Shown: positions 9,555 through 21,546 of the stretch, one piece after another
How positions within the stretch are numbered: the stretch's first letter is position 1
How the letters are laid out: each line of letters starts with the position of its first letter
From: Trypanosoma brucei
Lineage: Eukaryota
NCBI GenBank assembly: GCA_000002445.1
Contig: CH464491.1
Coordinates: 1,408,001 to 1,472,000, forward strand
Length of the DNA: 64,000 nt
Reading direction: 5' to 3'
Position numbers and translations under genes: made by a program
Notes under the pieces: model-generated
Databases searched by the model: none
What the model saw: the letters and a program-made list of their open reading frames with translations, nothing else
What the model was told of the DNA's origin: nothing

Positions 9555-11222
9555 ATGTTACGACGGTCGTCCCTCTGGTTTGCACCCAAGTCGGCACCTC
9601 CCTTTAAGTTTGTCCCACTGTTGCCTCATCTTCACCACAAAGACACCGAGTACACATTGGTAACAAAAGATTACGTATCTGTTGTCAATCCCGGTGCCGG
9701 GTTACCGGAAATTCTAAAGGTGGAAGCGGCAGGATTAACATTGCTCGCCTCTCGTGCCATTGGCGATGTGCAACATTTCCTCCGCCCATCACACCTGGCG
9801 AGCTTAAGAAGCATTTTTGAGGATCCGGAAGCGAGTGACAATGACCGTTTTGTTGCGCTGCAGCTTATAAAGAATGCCAATATTGCAGCAGCTCGGATTC
9901 TCCCTGGTTGCCAAGACACGGGCACCGCAATTATTGCAGGTTACAAGGGGGAGCAGGTGTTTACCAACGGAGATGATGAGGAGGCGCTGAGCCGCGGTGT
10001 GCATCATATTTATACGACGACGAATTTGCGCTACAGTCAGAATGTTCCGCTTACCATGTACGACGAAAAGAACACCGGATGCAACCTTCCCGCACAGATA
10101 GATCTCTACGCAACAAAGGGATGTGAGTACGAATTCTTTTTTGTGGCTAAAGGCGGCGGGAGTGCGAACAAGGCATTTTTGTTCCAGGAAACAAAATCTG
10201 TTCTCAATCCCAAGTCGCTGCGCAATTTTCTGGAGGAAAAGATTTCGACGATTGGTACTTCCGCTTGTCCACCATATCATATGGCCGTCGTTGTGGGAGG
10301 AACCAGTGCTGAGATGACAATGAAGGCGGTGAAGTACGCTTCCTGCAAGTATCTGGATGAACTCCCAACGAAGCCTGATGAATCGAAGGGTTATACCTAT
10401 CGCGATCTGGAAATGGAACAAATGGTTATGGATATTTGCCGCAATATTGGCATGGGCGCACAGTTTGGTGGGAAGTATTTTGCCCACGATGCACGCGTCA
10501 TCCGCATGCCACGTCACGGTGCCAGCTGCCCCATCGGAATTGGCGTTAGCTGCAGTGCGGACCGCCAAGCACTTGCTAAAATTAACAAAGATGGCATTTG
10601 GGTCGAGAAACTTGAAATGGACCCAGCGAAGTATCTGCCAGAGGTAACGGAGGATCAATTACTTAAGGTGCCACCAGTGAAGATCGACTTGAACATGCCC
10701 ATGGACAAAATACGTGCAGAGCTCTCGAGACACCCCGTGAAGACGCGCCTGTCTCTCACTGGAACCATCATCGTAGCCCGTGACATCGCGCATGCCCGTA
10801 TGCGGGAAATGTTGGAGAACAATAAACCCCTTCCAGATTACATCAAGAACCACCCGGTATATTATGCCGGTCCTGCCAAGCGACCAGAGGCGTTGGCATC
10901 CGGTTCCTTTGGGCCAACCACAGCGGGCCGTATGGACCCGTTTGTGGATCTCTTCCAGGCAAATGGCGGGTCTTTCGTCATGTTGGCTAAAGGCAACCGT
11001 AGCAAACGTGTGACTGAGGCATGTAAGAAGTACGGTGGGTTTTACCTTGGAAGTATTGGGGGACCTGCCGCGTTGCTAGCAATGGATTCCATTCGCAAAG
11101 TGGAAGTACTTGACATGGAGGAACTGGGAATGGAGGCGGTATGGAAGATTGAAGTTGAGAACTTTCCCGCATTTATTGTTGTGGACGATAAGGGTAATGA
11201 CTTCTTCCAACAGCTCAGGTAG
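9555..11222 (+). CDS. FHm: fumarate hydratase class I (Fe-S dependent), mitochondrial isoform
   Basis: The [15 protein letters not shown] block and the C-terminal beta-subunit-like region ([33 protein letters not shown]) are class I fumarase signatures. The N-terminus [19 protein letters not shown] resembles a mitochondrial presequence. Confidence 0.9.
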   Translation: MLRRSSLWFAPKSAPPFKFVPLLPHLHHKDTEYTLVTKDYVSVVNPGAGLPEILKVEAAGLTLLASRAIGDVQHFLRPSHLASLRSIFEDPEASDNDRFVALQLIKNANIAAARILPGCQDTGTAIIAGYKGEQVFTNGDDEEALSRGVHHIYTTTNLRYSQNVPLTMYDEKNTGCNLPAQIDLYATKGCEYEFFFVAKGGGSANKAFLFQETKSVLNPKSLRNFLEEKISTIGTSACPPYHMAVVVGGTSAEMTMKAVKYASCKYLDELPTKPDESKGYTYRDLEMEQMVMDICRNIGMGAQFGGKYFAHDARVIRMPRHGASCPIGIGVSCSADRQALAKINKDGIWVEKLEMDPAKYLPEVTEDQLLKVPPVKIDLNMPMDKIRAELSRHPVKTRLSLTGTIIVARDIAHARMREMLENNKPLPDYIKNHPVYYAGPAKRPEALASGSFGPTTAGRMDPFVDLFQANGGSFVMLAKGNRSKRVTEACKKYGGFYLGSIGGPAALLAMDSIRKVEVLDMEELGMEAVWKIEVENFPAFIVVDDKGNDFFQQLR

Positions 11223-11345
11223 CGGATGGATTTGTTGTTGTTGTTATAAAGAAGAGGCGCTGAGAAAAGGAAAGGGAAACGAGGAGGAAGAGAGAGAGAG
11301 AGGCAACCGTTGGGCATAATGTGCTCGGCCAAATGAATATACGCG

Positions 11346-11371
11346 TATATATATATATATATATATATATA
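11346..11371 (+). repeat. (TA)13 microsatellite
   Basis: tatatatatatatatatatatatata in the FHm 3' intergenic region. Confidence 0.9.
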
Positions 11372-12483
11372 GTTTAAGCTCTACATGCGGTGGAAATGGA
11401 ATGTTTCCGCGGGTGAAGGGAGAGGCACGGAGGGCGCAAGGAAAGAGGAGAGGGATATTCAAATAAAACGAGAGTATTCGACAAAGAAAAAAAAACATAC
11501 TTACTACTTAGACGAAATTAAATAAAGGCGAGTAAAAGAAATACAAACATTGGGAAGGAAGAATGCGTGGAGTATGACACTGAGGATGTAGTTTCCACGT
11601 CACCGCACCATACTTACAAGCAAGCAGAATACGCCAGAACAGTTCTTTGTTTGTAGTATATATATATTATCGTTTTCGACATGAGATTAAACGATGCATA
11701 TTGCTTTTGTCATTATTGCCATGTTGTTCGTTTATTTATTTATTTATTTTTTTGCAGGGTCCCGTTGCATAAAGGGGTTAGGGAGGAGATTGTTTGTTTG
11801 GTTCGTCTTCTTAAGGAAAAGAATTGTACGGCCATGCAGTTACTTTTGTATATCTTTTTCTTCCTACGAATTCGTAGAAAATGTGACAGCGAGCGATTTT
11901 TTCCCCCTCCGTTTCAAGCGGAAGCGAAGTCACCTGGTTGAAATGGAAGGAAGGGAATGGATTATGGCAGAGGAACTACGTTATTTAAAAAAAAAAAATG
12001 ACACGTGGAAATGGATATGATGGAGGTTCATATACTGAGGGAAGAAACTTCAAAAAAGGGTTATGTAAGGTGTCCTTGCCTTCATTGTTTCCGTTATTTG
12101 TTTACTTATTAATTTTAAAGTGTACCTGTTTGCGATGTGCCCAATCCCTAAAGTATCGGTTCCGGAGAGCCTCTGATGTGCCCAATTTGCACACGGTAGA
12201 TGCTGACTTGTTTGCTTTTCTATTTTTTTTTCTAAATTCCTCCTTTATTTCTTTTTGTATTGGCGGCTCTGTTGGCCTCAGACCGTTTTGATCTGAAGAT
12301 TTGCGTACTATTCACCGACAACAACCCTCTACAATTCACACCATTATTTACATGCTTTCTAGTTTGTACAGGGAATCCCGTTGTCTTGTGGAGGGAATTT
12401 CAGCCGTCTCAAGGGAGGGCAGAAAAGTTGTGGGCGAAGGAGGAGTATAAACGGTTAAACTGAGGCTCGCTGCGAAGGGGGAA

Positions 12484-15400
12484 ATGTTCTTCAGGTTTCA
12501 TAGCACAACATTACAAACATGCCTGACGTCTGGAGTCGCTCGTTCCTCCGTCGCCGTTGCAGTGCCTTTACGAGCGGGGTGTACTCGACGGGAAATGTCA
12601 TCGGGAGGCGACGGGGTTTTGGAAGGTGCGATGCATAAGCCTGGCGAATCCGGTCTCCAGGCGGGGAGCAGCACCACCATTGCTGGTAAGGAAACATGGT
12701 CTCAATTTAGTACCAAAATGAGGTATGGTAGGCGTCGTATTCGAGTTATTGATGTTGCAGCAAAGATGTCATATGAGTATCAAATGCTCCGGAAAATGTG
12801 CAAGCGTCGCCCCGCCATGCGGCAGTGGGCAGTGCGGGATGACTTCTGCGATATGAATCCCGGTGTGGTGATCATGTCGCCTTCGATGCAAGCAGCCTTT
12901 ATGAAGGTATTTCGTATGAAGGAAAAGGGTCTCATTCGTCAGTGCCTACGTGATATTGTCCCTGTCATTGAGTACCGCAACCGAGAGGAACCAGCACGAC
13001 TCCCAACAAACCCAGCAGACATGATCCCGGAGGGTGAACCCGATACGCTAAATCAGAAAAAACGGGAACTATTTGAGCGGCGTGAGAAGGGTGAAAACTT
13101 TGCCGATCTCCGTCTCCACGACAAAAGATCACAAGCGAAACTCCGCTTTAGGATTCGCCAACGGTTGCTAAAGTTTCAACGGCAACTGGCAGTCGCCAAT
13201 GCAATTGCCAGCCGATCTGTACTTTACTCCACAAACGATGCGATTGGCTACTTTCTGTTCCGTGGGGCAGCCATGTATGCCGGGATGCATCGCGTGTTTT
13301 TTGAACTCAGCAAACAATTGCCACACTTCGTGCCCAAAACTATGTTAGACTTCGGGGCTGGCACTGGGACTGCCATACTTGTCGCGAAGGAGGTGTACGA
13401 TCCCGGTTCCCTTGCTTACCCGCTTTACCGATCACTTCGGCAGACAATGCAGGGAAATGATTCCTCCCGTACACATCAGCTCTCCGAGTTGCGGTATGAC
13501 CTCAAGCGACTGCAGCGCAACAACGAGGAGAAAAAGAAGGTGCGCTTCATGGCGGTTGCAGCGTTACTGGAGCGCGGCGAGGTTGACCCTGCAGATCTTC
13601 CAGAAGACCTAAAGCGAGAAATTGCTGAGGTTGCGACCGCTGCTGCAACTGCAAAAAAGGACCGCCTTGTGCGGGAGGCACATGCGAGGTACCGTGACGT
13701 AGTTGATGGTACCGAATGGGAGAGCGGCGATCCTCTCGGGGAGGTTCGTGCGAGTACGGAGGATCCGGAGGATGTTATCGACGGAGAACAGGGCGACGGC
13801 GGCGATGACGGCGAGGCGGCGAAGGGTCGCCCGAAAACGTGGTGGGAAAAGCTTATTGATGTGGAAAATGAAACAGCTCGCACTCGCGCCGCCAGACGAC
13901 TTCGCCCTCTTCAGGAAGTTACTGCAGTAGAGCCAAGTCCAGGCATGATGGAGATAGGGACGATGGTTCTTCATGACGATGTACCCAACGTTACGTGGAA
14001 GCGTTATTTGCTTCCCGAAGATGAAGCGATCCAACACGATTTGGTTGTTGCCGCGTATTCACTTAGCGAAATTGCCACCTCAGAGAACCGCCGCCGCATT
14101 GTGCAGCAATTGTGGAAGATGACCAAAGGTGTTCTTGTGTTTGTTGAGTTTGCTAATCTTAATAACTTTAACATCTTAATGGAGGCGCGCGACTGGATCC
14201 TCGAGGAAAAGGATGTTGGTCTCTGGGATTGGCAGCCCACCATTGTAGCTCCTTGTCCCCACGAACATCGCTGTCCTTTGAGGCACTGCAAAACTGGTGT
14301 GAAGCGAAAGCGTATGCGTATTTGCAGCACGGAAGCGCACTACCGTTCCACATTTGTTGAGGTGTGGGCACGGCATATGCCGCTGAAGGTTGGCATTGAA
14401 CCGATTTCTTACTTGATTTTGGCACGTAATGAGCTTGTACCTGAGCGGGCCGAACGCCGACGAGAACAGTTGAAGAAAGCAGAAGAGATGAAACGGCGGG
14501 AACGCGATGTGAAGCAGCAGCAGTTGCATGAGGCGTCGCTCGCAGTCAAAGACGTCGTGTTCGAGCGCCTTAGCGATGAGGCACTTCACCGCGTGCAGAG
14601 TGGTGTTCCTCAACCTTTAACTGATATCGATGAAGTTCGGGAGGCTTCCACCTCCGCAACTTCGACTTCTCTTCTCAAAGATTTGAAAGACGGTGCGACG
14701 AGTACGGGTGAGATTGGTCATATGCCAACTGATGTGCCGCGGTTGGTGAAGACAGGCAACACCCGGCACAATCGGCTCATATTTCCGCTCCAATTTCCCC
14801 CGGCGACGCATAAGTTTAACCGTGCGTTTGTGGATGCGGGTTATCAGAGGCAACGCGCCATCACGCCTGCAGAAATGCTTGTGGTGCGCCAAGAAGTTGA
14901 ACAGCTGCAACAGCGTGTCATGCGAGCTGCCCCGAAGTATTTGCGTGTTGTGAGGGACCCACGTTGCCACGGCAAAGTGCAAGCTGATTTTTGTACCCCA
15001 GAGGGTGATCTTGTGAGTGGTCGCGTTTATAGGCGTTTTTACGGCGATAGGAATCGCGTGAGTGCGCACAGTACGATGCGATGGCAACACATTGGCGGCT
15101 GGAAGTTGCTGAAGCGCATTCGACGGGGATCTTTGTTCCCACACAATGTTCCGCTGTATGCTGTGACGAAGCACGCTCAGATCGACTTTCCCAACACTCT
15201 TCTCGACACCAAGCACTCAACGGTAGAGCAGACGGCCATGCAGTACAACGATCCTATGTCACTTGTGGAGATGCCGGATGATGGACTAACCCGCGAGGAA
15301 CTTAAACAAAAGCGTCGTTTGCAACGTGACGTTGAGCTGCAGAAAAAGGTGGAAGAGAAACTGGAAGATATATTTGGTGTAAATGCTAAGGACTGGAAGA

Positions 15401-15609
15401 TGGATGACTTGGGTGGCGGACGTTTAGATGCTCGCCGAGAGATCAGTGAACAACAGTGGGCCGATGCGGTTCGTCGTGCGAAGATACGAACCGTACAGCA
15501 CACTAAAAATGCTCTCCCTTTTGCAGCAAAGAAACGCGCGGCTCAACGTGCCCTGCAGGTGCGGAGACGCAACGTGAGACTGGAGATGTCAGGGAACCGA
15601 CGCCGTTAA
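12484..15609 (+). CDS. Rsm22/METTL17-like SAM-dependent methyltransferase (mitoribosome small-subunit assembly factor family), with low-complexity insertions
   Basis: SAM-binding motif I LDFGAGTGTAILV. A downstream Cys cluster CPHEHRCPLRHC is typical of the Rsm22 family Fe-S site. Basic N-terminus. Acidic insert EDPEDVIDGEQGDGGDDGE. Confidence 0.55.
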   Translation: MFFRFHSTTLQTCLTSGVARSSVAVAVPLRAGCTRREMSSGGDGVLEGAMHKPGESGLQAGSSTTIAGKETWSQFSTKMRYGRRRIRVIDVAAKMSYEYQMLRKMCKRRPAMRQWAVRDDFCDMNPGVVIMSPSMQAAFMKVFRMKEKGLIRQCLRDIVPVIEYRNREEPARLPTNPADMIPEGEPDTLNQKKRELFERREKGENFADLRLHDKRSQAKLRFRIRQRLLKFQRQLAVANAIASRSVLYSTNDAIGYFLFRGAAMYAGMHRVFFELSKQLPHFVPKTMLDFGAGTGTAILVAKEVYDPGSLAYPLYRSLRQTMQGNDSSRTHQLSELRYDLKRLQRNNEEKKKVRFMAVAALLERGEVDPADLPEDLKREIAEVATAAATAKKDRLVREAHARYRDVVDGTEWESGDPLGEVRASTEDPEDVIDGEQGDGGDDGEAAKGRPKTWWEKLIDVENETARTRAARRLRPLQEVTAVEPSPGMMEIGTMVLHDDVPNVTWKRYLLPEDEAIQHDLVVAAYSLSEIATSENRRRIVQQLWKMTKGVLVFVEFANLNNFNILMEARDWILEEKDVGLWDWQPTIVAPCPHEHRCPLRHCKTGVKRKRMRICSTEAHYRSTFVEVWARHMPLKVGIEPISYLILARNELVPERAERRREQLKKAEEMKRRERDVKQQQLHEASLAVKDVVFERLSDEALHRVQSGVPQPLTDIDEVREASTSATSTSLLKDLKDGATSTGEIGHMPTDVPRLVKTGNTRHNRLIFPLQFPPATHKFNRAFVDAGYQRQRAITPAEMLVVRQEVEQLQQRVMRAAPKYLRVVRDPRCHGKVQADFCTPEGDLVSGRVYRRFYGDRNRVSAHSTMRWQHIGGWKLLKRIRRGSLFPHNVPLYAVTKHAQIDFPNTLLDTKHSTVEQTAMQYNDPMSLVEMPDDGLTREELKQKRRLQRDVELQKKVEEKLEDIFGVNAKDWKMDDLGGGRLDARREISEQQWADAVRRAKIRTVQHTKNALPFAAKKRAAQRALQVRRRNVRLEMSGNRRR

Positions 15610-15670
15610 TTTATTAGTGATTAAGGTGCTTGAGTGAAAGAAGGGGACCGCGTGGAGGTGCGGTCGCGTT

Positions 15671-15693
15671 CACACACACACACACACACACAC
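15671..15693 (+). repeat. (CA)11 microsatellite, imperfectly extended to about 15720
   Basis: cacacacacacacacacacacac followed by gtacacgtacatacacacgtgtatg. Confidence 0.9.
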
Positions 15694-16252
15694 GTACACG
15701 TACATACACACGTGTATGCCTAAGGTTACTCGGTTAAGCGCAACACTGTGGCAGCACACGTGATTATTTTAACCGTATATAACTAAAACTGACGATTTTA
15801 ATCGGACATTTTTTTTTCTTTTGGAAGGCAACCCCATTGGTTGTCATTGTTCTTCTTCGGGTTTACCGGAACATTTTCAGTTACTATCACAACGAATAAT
15901 TTTTTTTTTGCGTTTGGTTGCGATACCGCTTGCTACCCTATCTTTTTTGTTGTTTTTTGCTTTATGCACCTTCTTTAGACTTGAATACCCCTCCAAACCC
16001 CGGATCGTATCGTGATACGCACGCTGAGCTCACTTGTCTTGTGGTTGTACATTACCGGTGTAAAGAGTATCATATCGTGAAGCATCACTAGGTGGGGGTA
16101 AAGTTGTGTGAAGTAACGTCATTGCCGAAGAAAACAAAGTTCTTAGCACTTGCTAACATAAAATCTCGTAGTGTTGCCGTGTCAAACGTTTTTACCGATT
16201 GAGAAGTGTGAGCACTAGACGCTGACTACCCGTGTGTAACTTTGCTGAAAGT

Positions 16253-18769
16253 ATGACCTCACGCTCTGATGCTGGTGTATTCCATGTCCGTGCCCTACTC
16301 CTCGGAGTCTTATACGTATGCGGATCATTGCTATTTGTAACATCGATGTTATCAAAGACAACAACTCTGACAAATGTTTCTAGCAATACTTGCCCAACTG
16401 TACGGGGTGTCGATCAAATCATTGTGCTTTTGGTTGACGCATTGAGGCCGGACTTCGTACTTCCTGCTCTGTCACCCCATTACCTCGATGGAGTGGAGTG
16501 CTCTACCGTTAGTGCCCGCGGTGTTGACGGTAACGTTAACGGCGACCGCCGTTCAACACTGACATACATGGAAGAAAACCTGAAGCGTGTCGCTCACCCC
16601 TCGCATGGTTTTTTTTTCCTTTCTGATACCCCAACCATAACGGCACAGCGGATCAAGGCGATCACCACAGGGACAACGCCAGCATTCCTCGAGGTAGGGA
16701 CAAACCTCAATACCGATGAGGTCCAAATTGACAACATACTTCTGCAGTTACGAAGGCGGTCTATATTACTTGGAGATGATACATGGCTCAACTTATTCCC
16801 TGACCATCAGGGTAACGCATCTTTCTGGAAACACACTCACGCACTTCCACCATACAATGTCAGTGATTTTGACACTAACGATGCAACAGTAATTGCGGAT
16901 TTGATGCCGCTGCTCCTTTCCGAAACGGCAGAGCAGGCGCCAGACGACTACGCACGACTTATTATTGGACACTTACTGGCTGTGGATCACGTTGGTCACC
17001 GTCACCATGCCAGCCATCCTGCTATGTACAAGAAACTCTCTGATATTAACGAAATGTTGCGAAACGTGACTAAGCGGCTGCGCGAAGAAAGGCAAACGTC
17101 AATGCGGACACTTCTTGTTGTGTTTGGTGATCATGGAATGACAAACAGTGGTGACCACGGCGGAGACTCCGAAGGGGAGAGAGACTCTTTTATGTATGCA
17201 GAGCTTTTCGAGAGTAGCAGAGACTCGGTGCATGCACCTGTAAACTCTTCGGACAAATTTCAACGGAAAAACAATTTAACTGAGAAGCGGTGGGAAGACA
17301 ACATTGACGAAGATCTTTCGCGCTTGAAGGCGTGCCGTGATGTTGCGGGAGTTCATCCCGGAAAGTTGAGTGCTGTCCATCAGGTTGACCTCACCCCAAC
17401 GCTTGCACTTCTTCTTGGTGTGCCCATTCCCTTCAGTAACGTTGGTCGTGTGATACCAGAGATGGTTGCGCTTTCAAATCCCGATGTCAATATGAGTGCA
17501 TCCGAGGAATGCAACTGGAAGCAGTTAACTTCATATTTTGACGAGGCAGGTTTGTACATAAAGCCTGAGTGGAAGGATAGTAATCTTTCTTTGCGGAGAC
17601 GTATTGCACAAATGAGTCACTTTGCACGGTCCATTCGCATGGAAATAAGGCGGGATGGGGCATTTATAGGATCATCTCTTTGCATGGTTACGGCGCTTTC
17701 CCTGTTGAGGAATGGGGACATACAACAAGTGATTTGTGGAAGGTCCGTTCTCGGGATTGGGACATTGTTTCTACTCGTTCTTAGATTACTTGCTGTATTT
17801 GCAAATAGTTTTATCATCAAAGAAAGCGTCGAGGTATTTTGTCTACTACAGCTACTGCTTATAGCTGCCTTGTTTGTTGCGCCAACGAAAGGCGGTGGGA
17901 GGCATGCGTCCTTCCTCATTGTCATTCTTCTTGTGTTGCTGCGGGTAGCTGTGCCGCTAGTGTCCCGTGAGCGTTCGCACATCACACACACGGCTGAAGC
18001 GACGTCGCACCTGGAGATGTGGTTGGCGAAACAGTTTCCCGAGTTTCATTACAATAGCGTTGGGATCATACTGGGAGCTGCCCTATTTGTTTTTTCGGCA
18101 CCTACAATGCCTCACCGTCTTATGGGAATCGTCCTTGGGACAGTAGCAGCAGTGTGTTATGGGCAGCCGCTGATTCATCACATTGGACCGTTTGTATTTT
18201 TCGCACTGACGTTCTTTTTTCGAGGCATGGGCCCGCTGCGATACACGGCGCTGGTTTTGTGGTCGAGCTCGCTTTGTAATGATAACTACGTTGCAAGCGC
18301 CTCAATAGCTGTTAGTGGTGTCCTTTTACCCGTTGTTCTCACCGCCACACGCCATTTGCCCGTGGTGCCGCAAGCTTTAATGCTTCATCTTTACATGTGG
18401 GTGTCCTTCTTTGCACAAGGTAATCAGTGCCTGTTGAACACCGTTGATCTCAATGCCTCATTTGTGGGCTTGCCCTTCAACAGTGTGGCTTTGGGATCAG
18501 TTTTTGTTTTGTCAAGGCTTTGCAATGCCTTTCTGTTTGCCCCCATTGCCGTGATGATTACTTACGGTACAGACCGTGCACGGGGCTGGCGCGTCTGTTA
18601 CTTACTTCTTTATATAACCTTGGCGCAGAGTGCGGTGTCTAGTTTCAATGGATATATCCAGAAGTCGCATTTGATGTTCTTTCCAATCTTTTGTCCCAAA
18701 TTTATTTTCGATTTTTGTATCGGTATGGCGGCTTGTATTGGCTACGCACTGGCTGCGTTACTGGCATGA
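16253..18769 (+). CDS. GPI13: GPI ethanolamine-phosphate transferase, PIG-O/GPI13 family; track start 16232 is GTG and the first ATG is 16253
   Basis: N-terminal signal-anchor. Alkaline-phosphatase-superfamily metal-site motifs HLLAVDHVGHRHHASHPAM and VFGDHGMTNSGDHGG. Very hydrophobic multi-TM C-terminal half. Confidence 0.75.
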   Translation: MTSRSDAGVFHVRALLLGVLYVCGSLLFVTSMLSKTTTLTNVSSNTCPTVRGVDQIIVLLVDALRPDFVLPALSPHYLDGVECSTVSARGVDGNVNGDRRSTLTYMEENLKRVAHPSHGFFFLSDTPTITAQRIKAITTGTTPAFLEVGTNLNTDEVQIDNILLQLRRRSILLGDDTWLNLFPDHQGNASFWKHTHALPPYNVSDFDTNDATVIADLMPLLLSETAEQAPDDYARLIIGHLLAVDHVGHRHHASHPAMYKKLSDINEMLRNVTKRLREERQTSMRTLLVVFGDHGMTNSGDHGGDSEGERDSFMYAELFESSRDSVHAPVNSSDKFQRKNNLTEKRWEDNIDEDLSRLKACRDVAGVHPGKLSAVHQVDLTPTLALLLGVPIPFSNVGRVIPEMVALSNPDVNMSASEECNWKQLTSYFDEAGLYIKPEWKDSNLSLRRRIAQMSHFARSIRMEIRRDGAFIGSSLCMVTALSLLRNGDIQQVICGRSVLGIGTLFLLVLRLLAVFANSFIIKESVEVFCLLQLLLIAALFVAPTKGGGRHASFLIVILLVLLRVAVPLVSRERSHITHTAEATSHLEMWLAKQFPEFHYNSVGIILGAALFVFSAPTMPHRLMGIVLGTVAAVCYGQPLIHHIGPFVFFALTFFFRGMGPLRYTALVLWSSSLCNDNYVASASIAVSGVLLPVVLTATRHLPVVPQALMLHLYMWVSFFAQGNQCLLNTVDLNASFVGLPFNSVALGSVFVLSRLCNAFLFAPIAVMITYGTDRARGWRVCYLLLYITLAQSAVSSFNGYIQKSHLMFFPIFCPKFIFDFCIGMAACIGYALAALLA

Positions 18770-19343
18770 GTGCGGGCTCCGTGTTCTCGTCATCCTTTTT
18801 TTCTTTGTGTGTTGTTGTTGATGCTGATGGTATTTCCGCTTCGTCTTGCTTTTGCAGTTGAGCCATGTCACAAAAGTTTTGAGGAGGGAGGAGAAGTGAC
18901 AGATGTGAGCAAAGGTGGAGAAACGACGTGAATGACTTGAGGAGGGTTTGAGCGTATCTGCCATTTTGTGTGTGTGAATGCCGGAAGTGAATAGACAAGG
19001 ATGAGTAACTCTGCTGAATTCCCTTTTTGTTTTCACTCGATGTGTTACCCATTATTTGCTCTTTCTTTTCCTTTTTCTCTTTTCCTCTTTGATTGTGGTT
19101 GTGATTAAACGTTTATATACACATTTAGCTGCCTTGGAGGTTAAGAAAACGAGCGAAACGGGTAGTAGGCGAATAGGAGAGGTGGCAATACTCCTCAACG
19201 TTGTGCGCAAGTGCTGCGCTAGGGGAAGTTTCTTTTTTTTTTTTTTTTGCCCCCTCTTCTTCATCTTTGGAATCTTACGGCGCTGTTAACTTGTTGGTGG
19301 GTCAGGCGGGGCAATTGAATTTTCTTCGCCCACATCTTCACGA

Positions 19344-20048
19344 ATGCAGCCGCATGGTGGAGCAAAAAACATTCGCCCACGTGATGTTTTCACCTACGTG
19401 ATGCGCCGCATTTGGCCTCCGGATCGTCCCATGCCAATTTTCACGATGTTAGCTGTTATTGTTAATGGTGTACAGCTTATTTATAGCTTCCCTGTGCTAC
19501 TTTCTTTAGATTGTAAGAAATGGATGTCACAGTGGTGTGCAATTGGCACTGCAAATACAATAGGCAACATGCTTTATCCAATTGTCCTGATGTGGCGCTT
19601 CCGACGTAAGATCGAGGAGGGTATTCCAACAGCTGAAAGCAACATACACCTTTTCGTAAAGGAACCAACGAATATTGTCTTCCTTTTGTTTCTCATCTGG
19701 GAGATTCTGTGGATGTCACACTCCCCAAGCCTTCCTGATTCTTCGTTATCCTCGGGCCAATGTAGCCACTACGTTTTATTTTTAATTATATTCTCTAGTG
19801 TTTGGATGTTTTTGTTGTTGCTGCTCGTAATGTTTACTTTCATGACGGACTTTGGACGGCCACCGCGGTGGCGCGAGTGGGCGAATGAACGCTGGAGGCA
19901 AAGGCAGGAAATTTTTTCATTAGTGCATTACGGTGTTCCTAATCCTCCTGAAAATACTCGACGCAAAACGTTTTCTGAAACATTTGCAGATATAATGGGA
20001 ACGCATACCGATTTGGGGCCTGCTCAGCCGGATGTGAGGCGCGGTTGA
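19344..20048 (+). CDS. hypothetical multi-pass membrane protein
   Basis: Three to four hydrophobic helices (IFTMLAVIVNGVQLIYSFPVLL, IVFLLFLIWEILWM, VLFLIIFSSVWMFLLLLLVMFTF). Orientation is consistent with the array. The start could be an internal Met. Confidence 0.4.
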   Translation: MQPHGGAKNIRPRDVFTYVMRRIWPPDRPMPIFTMLAVIVNGVQLIYSFPVLLSLDCKKWMSQWCAIGTANTIGNMLYPIVLMWRFRRKIEEGIPTAESNIHLFVKEPTNIVFLLFLIWEILWMSHSPSLPDSSLSSGQCSHYVLFLIIFSSVWMFLLLLLVMFTFMTDFGRPPRWREWANERWRQRQEIFSLVHYGVPNPPENTRRKTFSETFADIMGTHTDLGPAQPDVRRG

Positions 20049-20146
20049 GTCTCTTTCTTTTTTTTTTGTAGGGGTGGGGCGGGTTGGGAGGTGAGCGTAT
20101 GTTTCTGTGATGAGGGAAATAGTGAAACTTTATTTGATAACTTCAC

Positions 20147-20190
20147 CTCCTTCTCTTTCTCTTTCTCTTTTCTTTCTTTTCTTTCTTCTC
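20147..20190 (+). repeat. (CTTT/CTCTTT)n pyrimidine microsatellite
   Basis: ctccttctctttctctttctcttttctttcttttctttcttctc. Confidence 0.8.
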
Positions 20191-21510
20191 GCCCTTTTCA
20201 TCTTCTTTTTGCTGCATCACCTCCCGGCCCGAGCAACATATGTGAGTGGTGGTGCCTCTGTCCTTTGGTTTGCTTGGTAAAATGATCCATTCATGCCATT
20301 CTGATTATCTTTTGGTTGTGTGAAGAGGAGGCTTCTTGCGTCCCTATGGAAAGCTGAGAAGTCACCAGCTGATTATTGAAATGTTTCTTTATATTACCGT
20401 TATCTTCACCCCCAGCCGGGTATTAAATATCGGCTAGTTTCAGTGCCTTGTAGGCGCGGAACTTCTTTTCTTGCGCATCGAGATATAAGGGCTTGCCTCT
20501 TTGACTGGTGCATGTATGCAATGGTGTCATATTTATATATACATTTATTTATTTATTTACGTATATGTTCTTGTATGTATGTCTCTTTTTTTTAAAAAAA
20601 AACAATTGGTGTTGAATGTTTGTGTTTATATGGTTAATATAATAACATAATGGTGGGTGGTGCTTGGTTGCTTCAGATGACAATGGTATTGTAATGGAAC
20701 CAAAGGCTTCAAAAGTTAGGCTTGATGAGCAGAGTATATTTGTATATCAACGTACACATTTACACATTTGTGAACTGGCATCAATGCATTCAATTCCTTC
20801 TTTTTTTCTTTCTCTGTTTCATACGCCTGACTGCAGTTGGTATATCAGGTTGCTCGATATATTTGAGGTTGGAGGGACGTGAGATCACAAGTGGGTTCAT
20901 AATTCTCTGCGTATACGGATTGGAGCTCCTTTCAAAAAGGGAGAGAGAAAGAGAATAAGCAAAGGAAAAAAGAAAAGAAAAAGCCTTCGAAAGTGTGTTG
21001 AAAAGTCAAAATTGCGCGATGTGGTGGGTGAAGTGCAGCGTTGATTTCACTTATTTTGCAGCTGTTTGTATGCCTGTAGATAATGAAGCAGTGCTTCGGT
21101 GAAACACGTCATTGCGCAGTATTTGGAAAGGGAAACTAATATTTGTATATGTTTCTTGCTTCCTGCTTTGTTTTTTTATCACACTTTTTTCTTTGTGGTT
21201 CTTTTTCTTTTTTTTTTTTGGCTTTGCGCCGTTATTTCCTTTTCTTTTTTTTTGAGAGGTGGGCTATAGAAAAAGCTGTTGTTTCCCCCCTCCGTTTCTG
21301 ACTTTGTATTGCTACTAATGGCGTGCGTATTGTCATTGTTCCCGTATGGTGGCTGCTTTCTTTTTTTTTCTTTTGAGTTGCTCCGACATGAACACAATCG
21401 AGTGTTGAGTTAAGAAATGTGCTGATGGAAGATGATGGGAGAATATTGTACTACACGCGGGGTAAATGATCGAATCTCTTGGCGCCGAGTGCTTCTTTTA
21501 TCTCCCTTTT

Positions 21511-21546
21511 TGTTGTTTTTGTTTTTGTTTTTGTTTTTGCTTTTGT
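21511..21546 (+). repeat. (TTTTTG)6 microsatellite
   Basis: tgttgtttttgtttttgtttttgtttttgcttttg upstream of mASAT. Confidence 0.85.

Noticed and set aside
9804-10658. 284-aa minus-strand ORF antisense to the fumarate hydratase gene; similar antisense ORFs occur at 14617..15216, 3336..3665 and 27854..28237
   Set aside because: They lie entirely inside strongly supported + strand genes, have no recognisable motifs, and antisense open frames are expected by chance under GC-biased codon usage. No minus-strand gene in the window has independent support.
20100-20310. C-box-like GTGATGA (about 20107) with a CTGA about 190 nt downstream; similar C-box-like hits occur at 23300 and 51210
   Set aside because: The spacing is wrong for C/D snoRNAs, there are no matching D'/C' boxes or terminal stems, and the motifs are short enough to occur by chance. 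A real call would need small-RNA data.
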